From NCBI GenBank assembly GCA_951406725.2, contig OX597814.1, positions 64,480,001 to 64,544,000 of the forward strand: 64,000 bases of DNA. The letters run 5' to 3'. The notes below the pieces were generated by a model. It saw only the letters and a list, made by a program, of their open reading frames with translations, had not been told where the DNA came from and searched no databases. This document shows, piece after piece, positions 53,291-64,000 of the stretch (within the stretch, counting starts at the first letter, position 1; every line of letters begins with the position of its first letter). The position numbers were made by a program, and so were the translations under genes. The DNA comes from Octopus vulgaris (Eukaryota).

Positions 53291-53870
53291 CATCATTATT
53301 ATTATTATTATTATTATTGAGTGAGAGAGCAGTGCATGAAATCAAAGTGACACTGGGTTGAAATTTACAAAGCCCAATATACCCATCATGACTACCCGTC
53401 TGATAAAGGTACACCAGGCACATGCATCACAACAATATGTGCGCGACACGGTGATCTCATCTCAAGATAAACAGCACATGATCTTGCAGGTGGGACCCAG
53501 TTAGAATTTTCTTCTGGTCGAGTAACCCAGCCCGCTCAAAAGGTCCCTGAATAAGGGTTGGTTAAAGATGTTGAACGAAACACCTATGTTTGCAGAGGTG
53601 AATTATTCAAACCCCAAAGAATCCCTCTCAACATATGGCTATGATGCTCCCCCATTACTTCTGCTCGTGATCAGAGATACTCATATCGTCAGCCACTAAG
53701 GGACATGCTCAACTGGTTAAAGTCAAACAACTGACAAGCAAATCTGTGGTATTGAGCAGAATATTTGGTGTAGCCTATCTTTTATACCTAGTCAAAACAA
53801 TGTACATGATAACACTTCCAATCAGTTAAGATCAGAAGCCACGAGAGCCACTGTCTGGTACTGCATCATT
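53238..53870 (-). mobile_element. Non-coding ~550-bp retroelement with (TAA)n tail inserted in a TAA-like microsatellite (possibly non-autonomous R4/Dong type)
   Basis: GC-richer island with sharp borders; minus strand ends ctctctcactcaataataat..., and the other flank is cattactatcattattattatc. Confidence 0.5.
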
Positions 53871-54521
53871 ACTATCATTATTATTATCAGTTAGCTATGG
53901 GCAGTGGATTAGCAGAATCCATGGAGTGTCGGTCGATAAAATGCATTGCAGTATTTGTTTCTTTCATGCTCAGTGTTGAAAGTCCGATAGGAGTAACTTT
54001 GCTATTCGTCGAATCAGGGTCGATACAATAAAGCACAAAGAAATTACTGGAGTCAATGCAGTTGCCTATCTTCCTCTTGCAAAATTGCTGGCATTATTTC
54101 TAAATTAGAAGCTATTATCAATCAACTAGTTTACTAATCAGCTGATCGATGGTTGATTAGCCGTTTGATCAATCAATCAGTTAGGTCCTCAGAGTTCTTT
54201 TGTTGACATCATCTGCTTCACTTCTGTTACAAACCAGTGCGCTTATATTTTTTTATTGTAGGTAAAATGAATTTTCCTGGTACAATGGTACCAATTTCAC
54301 ATCAACAATTTTTCAAAACAGATACGGAAATTGATTATATTATACAACATGTCATTCCAGTTTTAAAGACAAACGAGAGTGATTTGAAAGGGATTTGGAA
54401 TTGTTGTTACTGGCGGTAACGTTGTTGATCACAGGTAAATTCACAGCCAACAATTCACTGTGAAGAAAGTTCACCGTGAGAAAAGTTTACCAAGAAAATA
54501 TATCCATAGTATCTCAACATT

Positions 54522-54810
54522 TGGAGGCGCAATGGCCCAGTGGTTAGGGCAGCGGATTGGCGGTTTCGATTCCCAGACCGGGCGTTGTGTGTGTTTATTG
54601 AGCGAAAACACCTAAAGATTCACGAGGCTCAGGCAGGGGGTGGTGGCGCCCGACCCCTGTTGTACTCTTTCTCTCACTCTTTCTTCCTGTTTCTTGAGTA
54701 ACGCTGCGATGGACCGGCGTCCCATCCAGCTGGGGGAAACACATACGCCATAGAAACCGTGAAACCGGGCCTATGAGCCTAGCTAGGCTTCAAAAGAGCG
54801 CATAAATAAA
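54522..54810 (+). mobile_element. tRNA-derived SINE family D, 3' variant 2
   Basis: tggaggcgcaatggcccagtggttagggcagcgg head; 3' part ctgcgatggaccggcgtcccatccag...agaaaccg resembles the V-SINE domain (recall); A-rich tail. Confidence 0.8.
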
Positions 54811-57220
54811 AACAAATCTCAACATTAATAATTAAAAACTATTTTATTGAAAAAAAAGCGGTGAATTGATGACGGTGAACTTACCAGACATGAACACTGT
54901 TAGAGTTGTAATTCAACCTCATGCCAGGACAATCCGATTAGATTTATGATCACAGTTATTCCAAGTGTAATTCAATTTTTTTTTATTCAAACATAATAAA
55001 TATATCTAAGTCTAAGATAGTTGTATAAATGTGACAGTTCATTCTGCTGGAATAAATAGCGAAACCACCATCAAATTACAACTCCACTTGCTTCGAAAAA
55101 AGAAATTATAGAATTTCTCTGACTAGAATAACTCTGATCGCAATTTGACTAGAATAAATCTGATCGCAAAGAAAGTGGTCACTTAATTCATTGACATACT
55201 TATTTAATATTAAATGTTGCCAGCAGAATATAGTTATCACAACAGATTTTTACATCATTTTGTGTGTTGATTATATTGGCATGATGACACTCCCTAGACA
55301 AGATTTTTAACGAATTTGCTTAACACGAAAAGTAATTGCTTTGTAGAGAAGCATAAGTCGCGGCATCTAAAATATAGCAGCATTTAAGCTTATATAGCAT
55401 GCAATGCGAATGATTTTAAAATCTGATATATCTCTTCTAGTATTTCATTTAATAAAAATGTTATCTAATAATGAACCCCGGAAAAAAATACTAAAAGAAA
55501 GCTGAATACAATTTTTTTATTTATTTATTATTTTTATTTTAGATATATGGAATAATTAGTGATATCTACTATGATAAATCGACATTGAATGGTTGACAAC
55601 TGTACTGATGTAAAAGTATCCTTTAGACCAGTTTGGATGATACTAAAAATCAGAGATCTGATTTAGATGATTGCACTTCTCGAAATACAGTACGGGTGCA
55701 TTGTAATCTTAGTAATATAGTATGATAGAACCACATAAAACAGATATGGCGAGGATAACGCTATTGCTGAGAAAAGTGACTGAAGGTGGCTATGTGGCTC
55801 ATCTATATCATAATGGCGAAAGCTGCTTATTAATTAGGTATGTAACAGTTACTAAAAGTACTAAAAGAAAGCAATATTATAAGCTGGAAATAATTTTATA
55901 AATTCATGTTCTAAGAAATTTCCTATAATATCAATTTTTGAAGTTTATTGAATTTTTGAACTTCAATTTTTCGCAGATTTAGATATTCATTGCATTCACT
56001 GTGGAGTAGATTTTAATGTTTAATAATAAATAATATTGATTCGTGCAGGCGATATTTTCCGTTTTCATTTGCAACAGTCTCTCACTCTATCTCGCCTCTA
56101 TTTTCTTTAATGATGATTTAATAACAGCTGTATGACTTGGATACGAGGCAGAATTTCAAGAATATTATCAATTTCTGAAGTTTGTTAACTGAATATTTTT
56201 GATAAAATGAATAGTTTTTTGATTTACTAGTATAATCGAAGTGATTCTGTTGTTTTGGCTGTTTGGAACGCTATAAGCCTTACAATAATAACTATCCAGA
56301 CTGATTTTTTAAACTTAAAACTATGGGAAGAGCCTTTTCAGTAAAAAAAGGAGAAAAAAATAAAATGGTAAATATTTTCAGAGTTACAATTCAAGGGAGC
56401 TTTGGCTGTTGTTTCTAGCATAATCCAAATAACCCTCCGTTTTTACTCTCGCATGTCTTGATGTTTTTCTATATTTTTTTACCATTAAACACATTTTATA
56501 GAATGATGATGCCGAAGTAACACACGCGTGGCCTATTGGTGGAATATAAAGAAAAAAAATTGTAATCAATCAAGCAAAGCCGCGTGTGTTTGTAAGAAAA
56601 AAAAAACATTTTCTAACAGAAAAGTATGCTATTAAAATGAATTACGCTTACATAACTCTTTTTTTAAATCACTGTGAATAAATGCCAGCAATGACCTTCT
56701 CAGGGTCTTCAATATCTTAATTTTGCCGAACCGCTAAGATACGGGGACGTAAACACACCAGTATCGGTTGTCAAGCGATGTTGGGGGACAAACACAGACA
56801 CACACACATACACACACACACACACACACAAGCACACACACGACGAGCTTCTTTCAGTTTCCTCTACCAAATCCACTCAGAAGGCTTTGGTTGGCTCGAG
56901 GCTATCGTAGAAGACACTTTCTCAAGGTGCCACGCAGTGAGACTGACACCGGAACTATGTGGTTAATAAACAAACTACTTACCACACAGCCCCTCCTGCG
57001 CCTAGATACCCATTTCCTGGAAGTTATGAGGGAGAAAAATCGAAAGCTACAACATCTAGGCGGTATTTATAGAAAATTTCGTTAAAAAGGATCCATTTTT
57101 CTGGATGTTATAAGGCAACAAACATCGTGGGCATATACATCTGTAGTTATGCCCTTTTATTTATACGAATTTTTCATTTCATGTTTAATTCATTCATTGT
57201 TTGCAATGTTCTCTCTCCCC

Positions 57221-57268
<48 letters not shown>

Positions 57269-58353
57269 TACATACACTGAAAAGCTTTCAGATGGACTAC
57301 TGAATTGAAGTCTCGCTGTTGCTTTGAGGGGAAGGTAAAACTTGACAAACTGCTTAACCCTCCATAGTTGGACTACCTTGATGTTTGTTTAAAAAGGAGA
57401 GCTTATGACTGTGATAAAATAATGAAAGCAATATTTACTAAGCAAGTGAGCACTATTATAGAAAGAAATAATGAGACATAAAATATAAAAATTATTAGAA
57501 TTGGGAATCAAATGTGGAAATCACCCGGATGACGGTCTTTCTGCAAGTCTTTATAATTATGAATCGAATGATCAATTTGTGTATTTATGTTACTGCACTA
57601 CGATGAGAACGATGACTACAATATGCAATGCGAGCAAATAAAGAAGTAAATAATGCGGTATGTGTGTGCGCCACTGTTTCAACTAAGAATATTCCGAGTT
57701 TTTCTTACTTTATTTTAAATTGTTGACAAAGTAGCATTTCTACTATCGACAAAAGAGAGTTCTCTTTATAGTCACAGTTAGAAATATCACTTAAATCGTT
57801 CTTAAATCAATCTGCATTGTTTTGAAAACCGGAAAGGAAAAAATCGATAGTGTAGTTTAAGGTACTTCTAAAAGTAATTGATGGTCACAGCAAGGAAGTC
57901 TTTGAGTTTAGGTGTTTTCGATGAGGGCTGTCCTGGCGCTAATCAACAACAACACGTGAACATATACCAAATCCCACATATTGACTCCGTCCTTATGCTG
58001 AAAATTGAAACATGACTCTGAACTAATTTCCTTTGATTCTGAGAGAGTTTAACATTATCATTTCTGTACTAATCTGTACCAACGTCAGACAATGAACAAT
58101 GGTACCCAACAATAGCAAATTTGTCAAGGACAATGCTATAGTACACACTTCAACCAACAGCACTAAAAGAAAATGTTAAAAGATGAAACAGTTGTACATT
58201 TACATTATTACGTTTGCTCTTTACCTCCTTCGCATTCTGGCGTTTCTTATTGCATTTATTGGCATTAGTATCATTTTGTTCTATTCATGTATTGTATAAT
58301 TATCTTTCACTCTCTTGTCTCTCTCTCCCTCTCTTTCTTTGTCTCTCGTTACA

Positions 58354-58442
<89 letters not shown>

Positions 58443-58588
58443 CCAATTGTTTTCCCCATTCTCCTCGTTATGTAACATCATTTTGATTATCTCTACACAC
58501 ATGTAACACGTACCAATATGATTTATTGTATGAATGGATAGCAAATATAACTGTAACTGATAGAAAATATAACTATTATTACAGTTAT

Positions 58589-58990
58589 TAAGGCGGTGAA
58601 CTAGCTGAATCGTTATAGCGGCATTTCTTCCATCACTTTGCGTTCTGAAGTCAAATGCCACCGAGGTTGACTTTGCCCTTCTTGTTTTCGGAGTCGATAA
58701 AATAAGTACCAGTTGAGGACTGGGGTTGGTGTAACTTACTCGTCTCAACTTTTCAGGCCTTCTATTTATAATAGATAGACTTATTATTACTTAACGCGGT
58801 GAGCTGGCAGGTTCAATAGCAAAATGCTTAGTGGCATTTCGTCTTTCTTTATGTTCTTAGTTCAAATTCGACTTTATCCTTCATTCTTTCGGGAGCCAAT
58901 AAAATAGCTACCAGTTTAACATCGGGGTCGATATATTCGACTTATCCTCTCCCCCGAAATTGCTGGCCTTGTGCCAAATTTTGAAGCCAT
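58589..58990 (+). mobile_element. Two tandem SINE family A copies
   Basis: taaggcggtgaactagctgaatcgtta and acgcggtgagctggcagg heads; both end in (TTA)n. Confidence 0.8.
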
Positions 58991-59340
58991 TATTATTATT
59001 GTTGTTGCTGTTGTTTATTGCTGAGGCTGAAGTGTTCGGAAGTTTGGTGATTTTGTGCTTTGTCTTTTAAGAATTACGTTCCTGTTGATATTATTGTTCT
59101 ATTTTATGTCTTAGTAAAAAATCATCAAAGCTTCATTAACCTAGGCATGTCTCAGATTTTTCAGACATATAATGTGGTGAATAGGCCTAAATGGCAAAGA
59201 GTTACTAATGCAAAGATGTAAAAAAATATAAATACACCAACACAAAAAAACTGGCAGATATGTTTGTGCAACGTTGCACTAACACCTCCTTCAGTAATAG
59301 CTGCACCATTATTACCTCTGCTATCATCCCACCATCAATA

Positions 59341-59408
59341 CCACCGCCGCCGCCGCCGCCACCACCACCACCACCACCATCACCACCACCACCACCACCA
59401 CCACCACT
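59341..59408. repeat. (CCG)n/(CCA)n microsatellite
   Basis: Direct inspection; source of the poly-P and poly-G ORFs. Confidence 0.9.
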
Positions 59409-61545
59409 ATCACTGATACGAACCCATGCACAACTTAACTGGCACATGTTCAACAACTGTCAGGTTTCTCACCCAACACGAAAAAATGAAATTATTAACT
59501 ATACAAGCAATAAAGACCTAATGGACTGCATAGAACAGATTTCAAGCACACACGAAAATCACCTGAATATAATGAAACACGTACATCTTAAAAAAACAAA
59601 AAACAAAAATGAGTGTGACTTCAGAGGAAATAGAAACGAAAGAGAGTACAAAGAACTGCTTGTAGAAACAGAAATACCAGCTGGAGAAAAGGAATACTTC
59701 TCCCTTCCGCAAGTTTAACACAGATGAGCTCTTCTGACCTTTCTTCTTCCGTCTGATGATCTTACGTAGAATAGGCAAAATAAATACACGTGGCCTTGGG
59801 TCAGCACGGAAGTAGAGCCACCTGTCCAACGACCTCAAGTTGCCAGGCATAGACGTGCCTCAGATTCTCCAAGCTCATTTTCGGGGGACACAGTTTTCAG
59901 ATATCCAGATTTATCGGGATTGGGGATTGGAATGGTTGTGTTATTTCGGAATCATTTGGATCTTATGATACGGACTAATTTCATGGAACCAGAAGGTGAG
60001 TTGGTGGTGGTGAAGTGAGCAGCAGTGAAGAATGTCACCAGACCAGCAGCTGTCTACGTGATAACCATATTTCTTCAGGTGTGTGGAGGTTTTTCTAGGA
60101 TCGTCCCGATTCTGTGTAGCGCGAAATTAAAACGTCACATTGGCTGAGCGTTTAGATTGTGCGTGGTTAGCTGATAAAAGAAGGGTTGCAGTCTTTGCCA
60201 ACTTGCTCAAGCGTTTCCACCTGTCTGACAGATACTGAGTGGATTTTTCAGATGTGCTAATAAATACACGGACAAAGTGCATCGGGTCATCCAAATCGTA
60301 TCTAGAAATTCTGTAGTACTGTAGATAAGGATAGGACAAGTTGTCTATATTTTAAGACCGTCGGCAATACTGATGACAAACTTGTCATCCGTAAGGTCGA
60401 TAAGGCTTTCTAGGCTGGGACCCTGTTACTAATAGCTGAACGTATCGTTACCAGTGCACGAAACTTACCAATTTAGCAAATCAGTTAAGCAGCAGTTGAC
60501 GGGAGCAGTCGTCTGCAAGAAATGGTGATTCGTTCTGAAAAGGTGATTAGATAATGATCGATAACGTTTAGTAAGACTAAGGCAATAGAGAAAACTAGAA
60601 TAGAATGAGACTTTGAGGGTATGCCGCGTGAAGTAGGTTGTGGAAGAGCCTTTTCAGCATACGAGAACAACGTTATCATCGTCATAGTGTTAGACACTAC
60701 CACGAATAAGAGGTCATCGGCGCTGCTCTATGAGACTACATGGTGGTGACATGAGCAAAATAGAAATCAAGAAAAGGCAGTAGGCATGTAGCTCCATGGC
60801 TTGTGATGTCATCCAAAAGCGCAAGATGGACCGTTAAAATTACTCGGGGTCTGGTTCAAAATCAGAACTGGGATCATCAAGAAATATGTCGAAACTAGCA
60901 CTAAAAGGCCAGACAGAGGTAGCGAACACTTACATAGCACCCGATATATATTAATCACTTGACCGTCATACCTTGCCCCAGTTCACGACTTGTCGTATTG
61001 GTGTGCCTGCTATATTTCACTGAAAGCTGCTGTTTCATGCATCTCAAGTTAATTAATCCCAGCTTGACAAAGCTTTGCGCACGTCAGCAAATGTACTATT
61101 TGCATTTATGTAAGATTGTAATCGCTCTTAAAGACCTATAAGTGACTGATTCTTGTCCGAAGCTGAAGTGTAACGACCCAATGTGACGTCATTCATAGCC
61201 CAATGATGTGTTTTCAAACATATTGTCTATGAGTAGAGATTTGTCCCAAGACTTACTTCAAAACGAGAGATTCTCCCATGTCCGAGCGTTCACGAATGTC
61301 TTAAATATAATTGTAATCGCATATTTCATTTAACGTTACTTCGTACGGCTCTAGTTTATTAATTCCTGCCTGACTAAGCGAAGCATTCATCAATAAATGT
61401 TCGAGTGTGTTGGTGAGCATAAACGTGCTATATAATTGTCGATAACTATATACAGTTGCGTGTGTGAGTGTGTGTGCGTGCGTGTATGTGAGTGAGTTTA
61501 TGTATGCAAGCACATACATAAATATACATGCGTGTGTATGTACAT

Positions 61546-61616
<71 letters not shown>

Positions 61617-62436
61617 TATGGAGAGAGAGTGAGAGAGAGACCAAATGTGGGAGGCGCAAGAGTGAGCATATATGTGAATGCAAATGTTCAGTGATTACGC
61701 TAAAAAATGAGGTGTGACTTCTTTCTTGAAAATGTTCCTGGTTTTATAGACACACCCATTCGGATATATTTACTAGACGCCCAGTTAATTTTCGAAAAGA
61801 AAAGACGGAAACGTGGCTGAAGAACGATCAAAAACAAGGGTCAAGTACTGCTTGCTTAACCCGGAAAGACCCAAGACTACAAAATTGCGTCAAAGCAAAC
61901 TTGGCTTTCATTGGCGTATACATATATCCGCATGTATTTACACGTATGTATGTGTATATACTTTTTTGCAACCTTAAATGAAGAATATATTTATGAAGGG
62001 ACATACACAGAAATACAAACACACACATACACACACACACACACACACATACACACACATACATATGCATATATACACATGTATATATACATATATATGT
62101 ATATATAGATATAAATACATATATATACATATATACATATATGACGGGTTTCTTTCAGTTTCTGTCTACCAGATCCACTCACAAGGCTTTTGTCGGCCCG
62201 AGGCTATAGCAGAAGACACTTGCCCAAGGTGCCACGCAGTGGGGCTGAACCTTGAACCGTGTGGTTGGTAAGCAAGCTACTTACTAAACAGCCACGCCTA
62301 CATACATGCGTATACTTATACATGCATATATACATGTATACATACACACACACATATATACATATACATATATGTGTTTATATATATATATATATATATA
62401 TATACGCACATATATATATGTATGTAAGTATGTATG

Positions 62437-62470
<34 letters not shown>

Positions 62471-62500
62471 TGTATGTATGTATGTATGTATGTATGTATG

Positions 62501-62561
<61 letters not shown>

Positions 62562-62704
62562 ATATAGATACTTATCTTATTCTTTAGCAAGAATAGAATT
62601 GGCAGTGACTTCCAAGTTTCGGTCAGTTAAGCTATCATCGGACTATAATGTAAAATTGATTTCACTGTAACGTATAAGCACACGCGCGCGTTCACACACA
62701 CATA

Positions 62705-62761
<57 letters not shown>

Positions 62762-64000
62762 ACTCACACACACCCCCATTTATACATATGTGTCTATGTA
62801 TATTTGTTCGTATGCATATCGTAATCTATCTAGCTATGGGTTATTACTTCCAACGAAAAACTTCCTCATCATTGGTCCGTTCTTTAGTTACAAATTATAA
62901 CCTCTTTCTCAGGATATACTATAGAAATGTTTTTTCACGGGGAAGGGAAAAAGGGAGCCGGAGAGTGTTGTTAGGGCTGAAAAAATTCAGAAAAATCACC
63001 TTTTAAAACATTGAGATTTTGCTTGTCCAACACCATAGTGACAAGGAGACCCGTTTTGTATTCAAACTGTTCTTCAAACGTGATTAGATCGCTCTAGCCT
63101 TAAATTAGCAAACTCATATTTGCAGGCTTGCTTTCTGACTGGTATTATTTAATTTATCTACGGCTACATTATTGGTATTTCCTCTTTTGTTATAGATTCT
63201 TCGTTGGCTTTTAATTTAATTGATTTTTTGTTAGTTTATAAAATTTGCTTTTTACAATTTCTTATGTGTTTCAGTCAGTAGACTGAGGCCAAAATGAGGC
63301 ACTGCCTTGCAGAGTTTTAGTCGAACAATCGAACCCAGTACTTATTTCAAAGCCTGACACTTATTCTATTGGTCTCTTTTGAAGAACCGTTAACTTACAG
63401 CGTTGTAAACACACCATCACCAATTTCTGATCGTGAGAGACAAGCACAGACACAGGAACACACACAGAGACACACAAAAACGCTGGGTTTCTTTCAGTTT
63501 CCATCTGCCAAATCCATCATTAAACTTTGGTTGGCCCGAGGTTACAGTAGAAGATCTACAGAGTGTAACTGAATCTGGAGCTATATGGTCTGGAAGCAAA
63601 CTTCATACCACACAGCCACGCCTGCATCTACTAGAGACTAAATTTTCAAAAACAGTTTTGTTTAACTTTCAAACAAATTATTTTTTTGACTGTTAAAAGA
63701 GTTACCTGTAAAAAGAATGTAACAGCAGGCAAAATGGGGGATGCAGGAGTAATAATAATCTTAATTAACTGGACTTGGAAAAGCACAGGATAAGAAGTGG
63801 AATCTTAAACTATTGCAGCTGAAGTTGGAATTGAAATAAGAAAATATGTTGTTTTCGGTTTCATTCAATTGTAAAAGTATACCCCTTCTTTATAGGCTAA
63901 ATTCCCCTATGACGAAAATGTTACATGGAAGTTTCTACATTTACACTCTCTGAAATGAAATATGGTGCATGCGGTCTCGGTGAGAGGTTCAAGCATTTGT

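Noticed and set aside
59260-59718. 152-aa proline-rich ORF
   Set aside because: Poly-P derives from a CCA/CCG microsatellite; no domain or splice support.

Overview
AT-rich, microsatellite-saturated eukaryotic DNA; the SINE and simple-repeat repertoire looks like an octopus (coleoid cephalopod) genome, which is an inference. The only host protein-coding sequence I can support is the last two coding exons (7197-7405, 8183-8455, + strand) of a LIM-homeobox gene of the Lhx2/9 (apterous) group; no LIM-domain exons were found in the window. The remaining ~55 kb is 3' UTR and gene desert filled with mobile elements: two decayed mariner/Tc1 transposons, a mariner-derived foldback family, a Chapaev3-like transposon, Helitron-like and hAT non-autonomous elements, R4/Dong, CR1/L2 and RTE LINE fragments, and at least four tRNA-SINE families. 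Most interesting: a Penelope-like insertion (26326-27460) with a 10-bp target-site duplication and an RT-linker/GIY-YIG fragment, flanked by inverted terminal repeats that each contain a tRNA-like Pol III promoter, an (AAT)n spacer and a minimal hammerhead ribozyme. Other degenerate hammerhead modules are scattered through the window. A reconstructable duplication plus inversion at 49071-52185 leaves a large inverted repeat with uneven divergence. Family assignments are from motif recall, not database searches, and repeat boundaries are approximate unless TSDs or TIRs are quoted.
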